A DNA stretch of 64,000 nucleotides, from assembly GCA_964582905.1 (NCBI GenBank), contig CAZOTY010000001.1:15954-79953 (forward strand), written 5' to 3'. The stretch comes from an uncultured Spirochaetaceae bacterium (GTDB lineage: Bacteria; Spirochaetota; Spirochaetia; Sphaerochaetales; Sphaerochaetaceae). The notes beneath the pieces were generated by a model. It was not told the DNA's origin. It was given only the letters and a program-made list of their open reading frames with translations, and ran no database searches. Below are positions 1 through 8,773 of this stretch, piece after piece. A program made the position numbers and the translations under genes. Position 1 is the stretch's first letter, and every line of letters begins with the position of its first letter.

Positions 1-793
1 TAGGACAGCAAGGATAGAAAAATTTATCTGGTACTTTGAATGAGGCGTCTAAGAACTACTCTTTGATGCCTCTTTTTTATGGCTCTAAAGCCGGTGAACC
101 CACAAGACTGGACACGAATAAACTATCTGCTTTCTGGGGTAGTGGCAGAGCGAGCCGAAAAACCTTACCTAAAATAGAATTGGATTGTTCACGCCCAATT
201 CACAATAATGAGGCAGAGAATGACCAACAAATGATATGTCTTGCCATACAAAATGATTATAAAAGTAACATATGCAATCATTTGGAAAGGTCCTTCTCCC
301 CAATACATATGCTCGTGTCTATTGCCTACACCGAAGAACTGAGGTGTGTTGCAGCTAATGGTGTACCTTGAAGGAGAGGGGGAAGAGCCCTTGTGTAATA
401 TTGGTGGCTTTTAAGTCTGAGGTACAAGTTCTAGAGACATTTCTGGACAGACGGTACTATAGCTCAGTTGGTCTGAATACAATAATGTCAGGAATGGGGA
501 GAGCGCTGACATAGTGCAACAAGGCTCCTGGAGCGAAGAATGAGCCGGTAACCTAATACAGAGCTTGAACGATGCGAAATCTGTATGCCTTAAGATATCC
601 AGATGCATCAAAGGGTCATGCTCGCAGTATAAACCATATTTTCCAAGCATGGTTTTGATTTGTTTAAAAAAGCAACAAATAATTAATAAGGGAGATTATT
701 AGGTATTTCATTGCATTCATCATTATCCTCAATCTAATATGTGTTATTTATGAAATTACGGACACTGAAACGTAATAAGTGATAAATAAAGTG

Positions 794-820
794 CAAAAAA
801 AGGATGGGGAGTCCCATCCT
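794..820 (-). terminator. Rho-independent terminator downstream of the nucleobase permease gene
   Basis: 8-bp stem AGGATGGG/CCCATCCT (801-820) with a 4-nt loop. On the minus strand it is followed directly by 7 U (complement of A794-800), about 20 nt after the permease stop. Confidence 0.7.
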
Positions 821-842
821 TCATAAATAGAGTTTTTTATTT

Positions 843-2207
843 TTAACCAAATACAAAATGGTCAACTAAGAACTTAACTATAAACAATACAGCAATAACG
901 TATGTAGGAATTGAAATTGCCTTGAAGTCCCTCTTTAAAAGCTTTAAAACAACATAAGCGATAACACCGAACATGATACCGTCTGAAATTGAGTAAGCAC
1001 AAACCATCATCAGCACTGTCAAGAATGCAGGAATGCCCTCAGATGGATCCTCAAAATCAATTTCAGTAACTGGTGACATCATAAAAAATCCTACAAGAAT
1101 CAATGCTGGGGCTGTTGCGCATGTTGGAACTGAAAGCAAGATTGGAGCAAGGAATAATGAAAGGAGGAATAATACAGCAGTTGTAAGTGCTGTAAGTCCT
1201 GTTCTTCCACCTTCTGCAACACCTGTTGAGCTTTCAACGAATGTTGTAACTGTCGATGTTCCTAAGACAGCACCAACTGCAGTTCCGATACTGTCAGCAA
1301 ATAATGCTTCTTTACAGTTTGGAATTGAACCGTCAGCCTGAACCATCTTTGCTTTTGTTGCACATCCGATTAAAGTCCCTACTGTATCGAACATATCAAC
1401 AAAGAGAAATGTAAAACAGATAACGACGAAGTTAAAGAAGTTGGCACCATTAGAGAAGATTGTTGCCCAGTCAAACTTCCAGAAAGTAGGAGCAACTGAT
1501 GGAGGAAGGTATGAACCGCCATAGTAAGTTGTAATTCCAAAAGGAATACCAAGTAATGTTACAACTGCCATGCCGATAATCAGTGCACCTTTAACCTTGT
1601 ATGCAAGAAGAATAGCAGTTACCAGAAGACCGATAATTGTCAAAAGCGGTGAAACGCCTGGAGCACTTCCGTGGAGTGAAAGAATGTCTCCAAGCTCAAC
1701 AAGTGTCGCGCCTCCGACAATGATTCCTGCATTCTGCAAACCAATGAAAGCGATGAATAGTCCGATACCTACGCTTATGGCTTTCTTTAAGTTGGAAGGA
1801 ATGGAGTTTATGATAGCTTCCCTTACGTTAAATACTGTTAAAATGATGAAGATTATACCTTCAACAAATACAGCAGTAAGTGCAAGCTGCCAAGAGTAGC
1901 CAAGACCAAGAACAACAGTGTAAGCGAGGAAAGCGTTCAAACCCATTCCAGGCGCCAATGCAAATGGAAGGTTAGCAAGAAGTGCCATAATGAGGGTGGC
2001 AACTCCTGCAGAGAGCGCAGTAGCTGTAAATACAGAACCTACGTTCATTCCGGCAGCACTCAAAATGCTTGGGTTTACAATCAGAATGTAAGCCATTGCT
2101 AAAAATGTTGTAACACCCGCAATGATTTCAGTCTTTACGTTTGTACCTCTCTGTTTCAGTAGGAAGAAATCATTTTTCCTTTCCTGAAAATTTCCGTTTT
2201 TTCCCAT
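843..2207 (-). CDS. NCS2-superfamily adenine/guanine/hypoxanthine permease (AzgA/PbuG type)
   Basis: 454-aa polytopic membrane ORF. The N-terminal FLLKQRGTNVKTEIIAGVTTFLAMAYILIVNPSIL block and overall layout are typical of AzgA-type purine permeases. Confidence 0.85.
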   Translation of the reverse strand: MGKNGNFQERKNDFFLLKQRGTNVKTEIIAGVTTFLAMAYILIVNPSILSAAGMNVGSVFTATALSAGVATLIMALLANLPFALAPGMGLNAFLAYTVVLGLGYSWQLALTAVFVEGIIFIILTVFNVREAIINSIPSNLKKAISVGIGLFIAFIGLQNAGIIVGGATLVELGDILSLHGSAPGVSPLLTIIGLLVTAILLAYKVKGALIIGMAVVTLLGIPFGITTYYGGSYLPPSVAPTFWKFDWATIFSNGANFFNFVVICFTFLFVDMFDTVGTLIGCATKAKMVQADGSIPNCKEALFADSIGTAVGAVLGTSTVTTFVESSTGVAEGGRTGLTALTTAVLFLLSLFLAPILLSVPTCATAPALILVGFFMMSPVTEIDFEDPSEGIPAFLTVLMMVCAYSISDGIMFGVIAYVVLKLLKRDFKAISIPTYVIAVLFIVKFLVDHFVFG

Positions 2208-2384
2208 TTAAAATTCTCCTTATGCTTTATGTTACATAATTTCAGAAATTAAGGCATTCGTTTTAAGGAAAAAAGTTCAATATTTTTCAATTTTTTTAAT
2301 AAAAGTTAATAAAATAGATAGTTTTTTATTAAAAAATTTAGTAATACCTAAAATAAATATAGAATGCTGAGGTTGTACAAAACT

Positions 2385-2415
2385 ACTATGACAAAAAAGC
2401 TTTTTTTGCCATAGT
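2385..2415 (-). terminator. Probable intrinsic terminator after the CPBP protease gene
   Basis: 14-bp A/U-rich inverted repeat ACTATGACAAAAAA/TTTTTTGCCATAGT (one G-U pair) starting 21 nt after the stop at 2436. On the minus strand it is followed by AGUUUUGU. Confidence 0.4.
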
Positions 2416-2435
2416 CAAATTCTTTAATTATCTAT

Positions 2436-3350
2436 TCAAGCAATAACCTTAGCTTTCTTTGTCGCTTCTTTACCGGGAATAACATTCCCGTGCATCTTCT
2501 TTAAAGTGAAAGAAAGAAGGTACATTCCACCAAATAGAAACAGGATTTCCCCTGCTACAACTATGGGAGTCAGCGACGAAGTGTTAAGGAATATTGCTTC
2601 AGAACTCAGGGCCTCAGGCCCTTTGTTGATAATAAATGCTAAATAAAAATCCTTGACGATATTCATTGTCAAAGGTGCTTCGAATCCATTTGTATATAAG
2701 CCGAGGGACATAGCAAGGAATGACCATAAAAATGAACAGAAAACAAGACCGATGCTATATGCCTGATTATTCATTTTGAGATATGAAAAATAATAAAAGG
2801 CATACATGATGCCAGAAATTAGAGATGCTACAATTATTTTTCCCCATGTAGATGGCAGTTTATTCTTGAATAAGATTCTTGCGGGAAGTGCCCTGAAGAA
2901 TATCTCCTCAGAAATTGAGACTGCAAGAACGACAGCAAGAATCGGAACAAAGAATATTAGCCTTGAAAGCAAAGGGGTGGGATTGATTTTTATATGATTT
3001 AAATCTGTAAGAGTCAGAAGACACAAAAGACCAAAGTATGAGCAACCTACAACAAGTGCGTAGCCGTTTCTGTACCTGAGTTTTGTACCTGCAAGAATCT
3101 GGCGGAAAGTTGTCTTCAGAAACAAGTTTGAACAAATGAGAAGAATCAGAAAGCAAATGATAAAAGGCAGATTCTTGATAAAGTAATAGATAAGGTCGGA
3201 AAGGGAAGATTCTGGCTTTGATAACTTTTGTGCAAGGGCCGTACACTCTGGCCCTATCAATAAGCCGACAAGGCAGGATGCAGTCATAAAAAGAATGCAA
3301 AGAGACGTCGAAAAGTTATTCGGACGCGACTGGTTTTTCACCCCTTTCAT
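2436..3350 (-). CDS. CPBP-family (CAAX protease-like) intramembrane metalloprotease
   Basis: 304-aa multi-TM protein carrying the CPBP motif-1 signature EEIFFRALP (EExxxR). Confidence 0.6.
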   Translation of the reverse strand: MKGVKNQSRPNNFSTSLCILFMTASCLVGLLIGPECTALAQKLSKPESSLSDLIYYFIKNLPFIICFLILLICSNLFLKTTFRQILAGTKLRYRNGYALVVGCSYFGLLCLLTLTDLNHIKINPTPLLSRLIFFVPILAVVLAVSISEEIFFRALPARILFKNKLPSTWGKIIVASLISGIMYAFYYFSYLKMNNQAYSIGLVFCSFLWSFLAMSLGLYTNGFEAPLTMNIVKDFYLAFIINKGPEALSSEAIFLNTSSLTPIVVAGEILFLFGGMYLLSFTLKKMHGNVIPGKEATKKAKVIA

Positions 3351-3416
3351 ATATGAAAGATATCACTAATTCAGGTTTCTTAGAATTCTTTTACAATCAA
3401 AAAAAAGATTTTTTTT

Positions 3417-3436
3417 ATTCTTTTCGACAAAAGAAT
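3417..3436. promoter_or_regulatory. Perfect 8-bp inverted repeat (ATTCTTTT-CGAC-AAAAGAAT), candidate operator in a divergent promoter region
   Basis: Read directly from the sequence. It lies between the divergent CPBP gene (start 3350) and the NADAR operon (start 3560), so it cannot be a terminator for either. Confidence 0.3.
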
Positions 3437-3559
3437 ATATTTGGTTAAAAACCTGTATGCCAGAGTAAATATGATAAATTTGTCATAAATTATGTTGACA
3501 GGCATGGCGGTAATTGAGAGAATAAAAACATAACAAATATGTATTAAAACAGGATAGTT

Positions 3560-4006
3560 ATGGAGTATTTAAAGTTTTACCACGAAACAGATCCGTTCGG
3601 ATATTTTTCAAATTACTGGCCATGTGAAATAGAGGTGGACGGAAAGAAGTGGCCGAGCAGTGAACACTACTATCAGGCACAGAAGACACTGGACGAAGAC
3701 TATGCAGAGAAAATAAGAACAGCACCAACAAGTGATGATGCTAAAAAGTTAGGAAACAGCCCGGATTGTGTTGTCCGCCCGGACTGGGATACATGGAAAA
3801 TTATAGCTATGAGAAAGGCTCTGGATGCTAAGTTCTCGCAGCATGAGGATTTGAAACAATATCTTCTTGATAGTGGAGATAAAGTCCTTGTTGAAGATAG
3901 TGAAAGGGACTACTACTGGGGAATCGGAGCCGACGGAAGTGGAAAAAGCATGCTCGGCATCCTTTTGATGGAATTGAGAGATAGAATCAGAAAAGAAGAA
4001 AAATAA
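3560..4006 (+). CDS. NADAR-family (YbiA/DUF1768) N-glycosidase / ADP-ribose-processing protein
   Basis: 148 aa with motifs WPSSEHYYQAQK and YYWGIG typical of NADAR. The stop overlaps the next start by 1 nt (TAATG). Confidence 0.8.
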   Translation: MEYLKFYHETDPFGYFSNYWPCEIEVDGKKWPSSEHYYQAQKTLDEDYAEKIRTAPTSDDAKKLGNSPDCVVRPDWDTWKIIAMRKALDAKFSQHEDLKQYLLDSGDKVLVEDSERDYYWGIGADGSGKSMLGILLMELRDRIRKEEK

Positions 4007-5688
4007 TGGATAATAGCGCACTCTTTTTGGAAAACAACAGCGATATAAATAAGTTCATTATTCTGACTTACAGAACACTTTTATCCTCACAGAAAGTTCC
4101 TGTTGAGCGCTTAGAAGAAATTTATACAAAGATGAAGAGTGCAATCCATGAAAAGGCAGAAAGTGAAGATTTTGACTTCAGCGCATTCAAGTATGTAGTC
4201 AATCGCCTTCCTGAATGCATTATCGATACCAAAACGATTCTCGTCGGACAAAGTGAATCCATTTTGGAGGAAGCCGGATATAAGCTTGATTCATGGAAGG
4301 AAGTGTCAACTAAATCCCGTCGAAGAAGAAGTCTCTTTGACAATAACGGAACACTTCTGATGCTTATTTCTTCAAAGTCGGATTTGGATGATGTCCTTCC
4401 GTCTTTGATCCTTTTTCAGATTGAGTGGAAGAAAATATATAATCTTTTTAAGAAAAGTGGTTTTAATATTGAGGAACTGACAGATACTAATGTCAAAGAG
4501 GTTCTGAAGCTTGATGACAGGGAGCTGAAGGAGTTCAAGGGCTTTTTTCAAGATTATCCCCATGCTTTGGAGAAACTTACAAAAGTTTATCCAGACCTGT
4601 TTATAAAAAATCATGAAGCGTCCTTTGCCCGTTACAGAAAAGAAACGGAAACATGGTGGGAACACATTTCCTCCTCATTTTCTGAAATTGAAAAAAGACC
4701 TATTTTCTTTGTTTCATCCAATAGTCATAGCCTTATCAATATAGTTTCAGGTTTTGCTGAGGAAAATGAAGAAAGTATCATAGCCTTTTGCAAAAATGAT
4801 AAGAAACTTGCTTCCATTACAGAGCGTTATGAAAAACTCAAGGCTAGCGGGAAAGACAGCGGCTATCTTCTCTATTATCTCCTTCGTGAATATGAAATGA
4901 AGGCTCCTGACAGGGAGGCTATGATAAAGAGAAGACTTGAATATGAGAAAGAGGTTGGAATTCTGAGGGTGAGTAGTACTAAGAGCCTTGATGTCCCAAC
5001 CCAGATTATTGATTTGAAAAAACTGAAGGATAAAACCAGGAATAAAAAACTTGGGGTTGATCTTCCTTCATTTTTGGAGAATAAGGACAGCCTTATTCTC
5101 AACATAGATTATCCACTGGGTCGAACTGCATATTTTATCCTTACTAAAATAGCAGAGCATGCAAAAAGGATTGACGGTGTTTACGTAATAGGAAAGGCCG
5201 CATCCCTTTTTGCAGACCGGGGGGATATCTTGATTCCATCGACAATATTTGATCAGCACACTGGCAATCAGTATTTTTTCAATAACGACATTGATGCAAA
5301 GGATGTTATTCCGTTTATCGAGAATGACAGGCATGGTGTTTATGATAATCAGATGGCTGTTACAGTTTTGGGTACATTGTTACAGAACAGGCAAATGTTT
5401 GAGTCCTTCCTGCAAGTCGGTGTAACAGAACTTGAAATGGAGGCAGGACCTTATTTGAGTGCAGTTTATGAGATGATGTATCCAAAACGATATCCTGAAA
5501 ATCAGATGATTACACTTGAGAGTTCTTCATTTGACTTAGGGATTATTCATTATGTTTCGGATAACCCGCTCGGTACAAGGAAACTTGATTCTTCCCTTGC
5601 TCTTGATGGAGTTGACGCAACATATGCCTCAAGCCATGCAATACTTAACAAAATCTTCTCCAGACTTAAGAAGGAGGAGGAAAAATAA
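4006..5688 (+). CDS. Fusion protein: unknown N-terminal region plus AMP-nucleosidase / PNP_UDP_1-like C-terminal domain
   Basis: 560 aa. The C-terminal ~230 aa (ILNIDYPLGRTAYF, VIGKAASL, TELEMEAGPY, IHYVSDNPLG) parallels the catalytic domain of AMP nucleosidase and nucleoside phosphorylases (IDMES and CVSDKPL regions of Amn). I could not recognise the N-terminal ~330 aa. Confidence 0.5.
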   Translation: MDNSALFLENNSDINKFIILTYRTLLSSQKVPVERLEEIYTKMKSAIHEKAESEDFDFSAFKYVVNRLPECIIDTKTILVGQSESILEEAGYKLDSWKEVSTKSRRRRSLFDNNGTLLMLISSKSDLDDVLPSLILFQIEWKKIYNLFKKSGFNIEELTDTNVKEVLKLDDRELKEFKGFFQDYPHALEKLTKVYPDLFIKNHEASFARYRKETETWWEHISSSFSEIEKRPIFFVSSNSHSLINIVSGFAEENEESIIAFCKNDKKLASITERYEKLKASGKDSGYLLYYLLREYEMKAPDREAMIKRRLEYEKEVGILRVSSTKSLDVPTQIIDLKKLKDKTRNKKLGVDLPSFLENKDSLILNIDYPLGRTAYFILTKIAEHAKRIDGVYVIGKAASLFADRGDILIPSTIFDQHTGNQYFFNNDIDAKDVIPFIENDRHGVYDNQMAVTVLGTLLQNRQMFESFLQVGVTELEMEAGPYLSAVYEMMYPKRYPENQMITLESSSFDLGIIHYVSDNPLGTRKLDSSLALDGVDATYASSHAILNKIFSRLKKEEEK

Positions 5689-5690
5689 AT

Positions 5691-6611
5691 ATGAAAAAGG
5701 AAAGAGGAACGACCCTAAAGACCAGGAAGAAATATAAACGGGAAGAAGTTCTTACTGCTGTTTTATTTCTGCTTCCGACCTTTACGATTTTCGCGATCTT
5801 TAAATATATACCTATTATTGACAACTTCTATATAAGCTTAACCAGCTGGAATTTGTTTAATAAGGTAAAGCCTTTTGTCGGACTGAATAACTATAAAGCT
5901 ATTTTCACCTCCAAGCTTTTCTGGCAAATATTAGGAAATACATTTTTCTATACAATATTTTCCACAATAATTTCGCTAGCTTTAGGTTTTTTGGTTTCGG
6001 TCTCTCTTTTTAAGAGGAAAGGTAAGGTCAGCAAGGTTTTAAGGACACTGTTTTTTGTCCCGAATGTTACAACAGCGAGCGCTGTTGCAATTCTCTGGAT
6101 CTGGATTTTTGATCCGGATTTTGGTCTGATGGGTCAACTCTTCAACCTTTTTGGAGCTCGGAGCCCCAGGTGGCTTTTGACACCGGGGTATGCTATGTGG
6201 ATTATCATTTCACTTGCTGTCTGGAGAAACGTCGGTTATGTAATGCTTATATATTCATCAGGCCTTTCTGGAATAAGTGACGATATATATGAGGCTGCCA
6301 GAATCGACGGGGCAAGCGAGGTGCAACAGATATTTAAAATTACACTTCCGCTTTTAGCTCCTACCACTTACTTTTTGCTACTTACATCATTTATCCAGGC
6401 AATGCAGGTATTTGATATCGTTTCAGTTATGACCGGTGGTGGCCCATATAACAGCACAAATGTAATCAACTTGTATATTTATCAGATGGCATTTGCCCGA
6501 AACAGGGCAGGATATGCATCAGCTTTGTCTGTAATCCTGTTCTTGATCCTCCTTATCTGTACAATCGTGCAGAGAAAATTCAGCAATAACGGAGGGGACT
6601 ATGGTGCATAA
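5691..6611 (+). CDS. Carbohydrate-type (CUT1) ABC transporter permease, MalF-like
   Basis: 306 aa, 6 TM segments, EAA loop YEAARIDGASEVQQIFKITLPLL. Strong RBS AAGGAGGAGG upstream. Confidence 0.85.
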   Translation: MKKERGTTLKTRKKYKREEVLTAVLFLLPTFTIFAIFKYIPIIDNFYISLTSWNLFNKVKPFVGLNNYKAIFTSKLFWQILGNTFFYTIFSTIISLALGFLVSVSLFKRKGKVSKVLRTLFFVPNVTTASAVAILWIWIFDPDFGLMGQLFNLFGARSPRWLLTPGYAMWIIISLAVWRNVGYVMLIYSSGLSGISDDIYEAARIDGASEVQQIFKITLPLLAPTTYFLLLTSFIQAMQVFDIVSVMTGGGPYNSTNVINLYIYQMAFARNRAGYASALSVILFLILLICTIVQRKFSNNGGDYGA

Positions 6612-7443
6612 AAGACTTGGAGAGAGAATACTCAACGTTGTTGAGATAATCTTCCTGATTATTATGACTGTGCTTATCGTAACTCCGTTTTTGTGGATGA
6701 TAGCAACTTCATTGCAGCCATCTTCTGCCGCAGTGTTAACAAGGCCTTTCCATTTTCCGTGGCCACCTGCCTTTTCAAACTTTATAAAAGCATGGCATGC
6801 TGAACCATTTGGAATATATGCTATTAACAGTATCCTTGTATCAGTTGGAGCAACAGTGTTGCAACTTGTTACAGCAATACTTGCAGCCTATGCCTTTTCC
6901 TACCTCCATTTTCCGGGGAAGAACATATGTTTTATTCTGATTCTCGCAGTTCTGATGATGCCGACTCAGGTTGCAATCATTCCTTTGTACCAGATTATGT
7001 CATCTTTCCATCTTCTGGATACACTGACAGGACTTATTATTCCGTTCGCAGTGGATGCGTATGGGATTTTTCTGGTAAAGCAGGCATTTGACTCAGTTCC
7101 GAAGGATTTCTATGAGGCTGCCCGTATTGAAGGAGCAAGTCATTTTAAAATTGCTTTTTCCATCCTGGGAGCTCTTGCCCGTCCGAGCCTGATTGCTTAT
7201 GCAATTCTTGCTTTCAAGTGGAGATGGAATGATTATTTCTGGGTATTGATTATGTCCAACAGTAAGTACAGAAGAACACTCCCTGTTGGAATTGTAATGA
7301 TGAAGGAAGTTAACGATGGGGGAACACAGTGGCACCTTCTTATGGCTGCGACAATTTTTGTTCTTCTTCCTATTATCATCCTTTATTTATGTATGCAAAA
7401 ATACTTCACCAATGATTACATGAAAGGTGGAGTAAAAGGATAA
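6601..7443 (+). CDS. Carbohydrate-type (CUT1) ABC transporter permease, MalG-like
   Basis: 280 aa, EAA loop YEAARIEGASHFKIAFSI. Overlaps the upstream permease gene by 11 nt, with GGAGGGGA before the ATG. Confidence 0.85.
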   Translation: MVHKRLGERILNVVEIIFLIIMTVLIVTPFLWMIATSLQPSSAAVLTRPFHFPWPPAFSNFIKAWHAEPFGIYAINSILVSVGATVLQLVTAILAAYAFSYLHFPGKNICFILILAVLMMPTQVAIIPLYQIMSSFHLLDTLTGLIIPFAVDAYGIFLVKQAFDSVPKDFYEAARIEGASHFKIAFSILGALARPSLIAYAILAFKWRWNDYFWVLIMSNSKYRRTLPVGIVMMKEVNDGGTQWHLLMAATIFVLLPIIILYLCMQKYFTNDYMKGGVKG

Positions 7444-7464
7444 ATTTCTTAATTGGAGGACAAA

Positions 7465-8751
7465 ATGAAGAAATTATTGGGATTAACACTTTGTTTGCTT
7501 CTTGCGCTGAGCTTTGCTTTTGCCAACGGTACAAAAGAAGCCAAGGCAACCGGACCTGTTGAGATTGAGCTATGGAGTAGCCTCAGCGGATCAAAGGCAA
7601 AAACCTTTGATGCACAGGTCGAGGCTTATAACAACAGCCAGAATGAAGTAAAGGTAAACGTTATTCACCAGGGTGGATACTCAATTCTGAGACAGAAAGT
7701 TGCAGCTGCAGCTAATGCTCATACAATGCCAGCTCTTTTAGTTGTAGACTACCTGGACGTTGCATGGTATGCACAGCTCGGACTTCTGCAGCCACTTGAT
7801 AAGCTTTTACCAGCTTCATTACTAAGCGATTACTATCCTGCAATGCTTGCAGACCTTACATATAATGGTCAGCTTTATGGTATACCATATAACAGAAGTA
7901 CTCAGGGTTTCTTCGTAAACGATGAACTGATGGCAAAAGCAGGAATCAAAGAGGCTCCAAAGACTTGGGCAGAGTTCGAAGAGGACTGCAGAAAGATAAA
8001 GGCACTTGGAAATGACTATTACTTCGGTTATGCATTCTTCCACCAGTTCCTGTTTGATGCTATTGCTTACACATGGGGTGCAGAGATAAGTACACCTGAT
8101 GGCCAGGTCAAATTGAATACACCTGAAATGATCAAGATGTTTACTTATTTCCAGAACCTGTTCAATGAGGATCTTCTTTTGATGCAGCCTGTTCTCGTTG
8201 GTGGTTTTGAAGAGCAGAACGGTGCATTCCTTGATGGAAAAGTTGCAACAGTATTCCAGACAACCTCATTCATTCCTACAGCTGAATCCCTCTTACCATA
8301 CGAGTGGTCATTTGAGTTCGTACCAGCCGGAGATGGTGGAAATGCAGTCACAATCGGAGGTGGAAACTTTGCAATTTGTTCAGATCTGACAAAAGCCCAG
8401 ACAAATGCTGCTGTCAAGTTCCTTGAATATATGTCAAGCAATGATATTGTTAAGGACTTCTTCATGAATACAGGTAACCTTCCTGTAAGAATGAGTGCTA
8501 TGAATGATGCTGACGTTAAGGCTTTCCTTGCTAATAACCCAGCTTACCAGGCCATGATTGATCAGCTTGCTTATGGAAAGGCTGCTCCATCAACCACAAA
8601 GAATATCCGTGACGTATTTAATCGTGTCAACGATATGATCAGCAGAATAATTTTAAACAACGAAAGTCCTGAAAAAGTACTTAACGAATATCAGAAATTA
8701 TTCCAAGATGAGTTTGATGAAGAAAAGGCTTTAGGAGAATTCATCTATTAA
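7465..8751 (+). CDS. ABC transporter extracellular solute-binding protein (family 1, sugar type)
   Basis: Signal peptide MKKLLGLTLCLLLALSFAFA followed by a typical family-1 SBP body. I prefer the ATG at 7465 (GGAGG 5 nt upstream) over the TTG at 7453, which lies inside that RBS. Confidence 0.8.
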   Translation: MKKLLGLTLCLLLALSFAFANGTKEAKATGPVEIELWSSLSGSKAKTFDAQVEAYNNSQNEVKVNVIHQGGYSILRQKVAAAANAHTMPALLVVDYLDVAWYAQLGLLQPLDKLLPASLLSDYYPAMLADLTYNGQLYGIPYNRSTQGFFVNDELMAKAGIKEAPKTWAEFEEDCRKIKALGNDYYFGYAFFHQFLFDAIAYTWGAEISTPDGQVKLNTPEMIKMFTYFQNLFNEDLLLMQPVLVGGFEEQNGAFLDGKVATVFQTTSFIPTAESLLPYEWSFEFVPAGDGGNAVTIGGGNFAICSDLTKAQTNAAVKFLEYMSSNDIVKDFFMNTGNLPVRMSAMNDADVKAFLANNPAYQAMIDQLAYGKAAPSTTKNIRDVFNRVNDMISRIILNNESPEKVLNEYQKLFQDEFDEEKALGEFIY

Positions 8752-8773
8752 AAAAAAATATGGCAGGAGTCTT

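Noticed and set aside
462-540. tRNA gene suggested by GGTACTATAGCTCAGTTGGTCTGAAT
   Set aside because: Only the D-arm 5' half and loop resemble a tRNA. The D-stem 3' strand is GAAT, not GAGC. No anticodon stem, T-arm (GTTCRAxxC) or matching acceptor 3' strand follows.
280-560. RNase P RNA, suggested by GGAAAGGTCC (near 284) and AGTGCAACA (near 512)
   Set aside because: The universal GAGGAAAGUCCGGGC / ACAGAAxCCGGCUUA P4 strands are absent, and the spacing between the two strings is far from that in bacterial RNase P. I also looked for tmRNA, SRP and 6S hallmarks and did not find them.
36-650. Track ORFs 36-371 (+, 111 aa) and 411-650 (-, 79 aa) as protein genes
   Set aside because: No RBS, odd composition (Cys/His/Asn-rich, no recognisable motifs) and no family resemblance. 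The region is better treated as non-coding or RNA (see finding).
1033-1899. Antisense 'shadow' ORFs inside real genes, for example 1033-1341, 1570-1899, 23857-24402, 28669-29256, 29257-29682, 43374-43868, 51015-51389, 53912-54511, 13491-13889
   Set aside because: They lie entirely within and opposite to well-supported genes, lack RBSs, and have the S/P/A/I-rich composition typical of reverse-frame artefacts.
2208-2435. Purine riboswitch upstream of the purine permease (also checked upstream of guaB at 11526-11657 and ade at 13164-13220)
   Set aside because: No purine-riboswitch core is present: no conserved P1-J1/2-P2 loop-loop motifs, and nothing resembling the UAUAAUCGCG...CCGUAAAU...GACUA pattern. 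The leaders are simply AT-rich.
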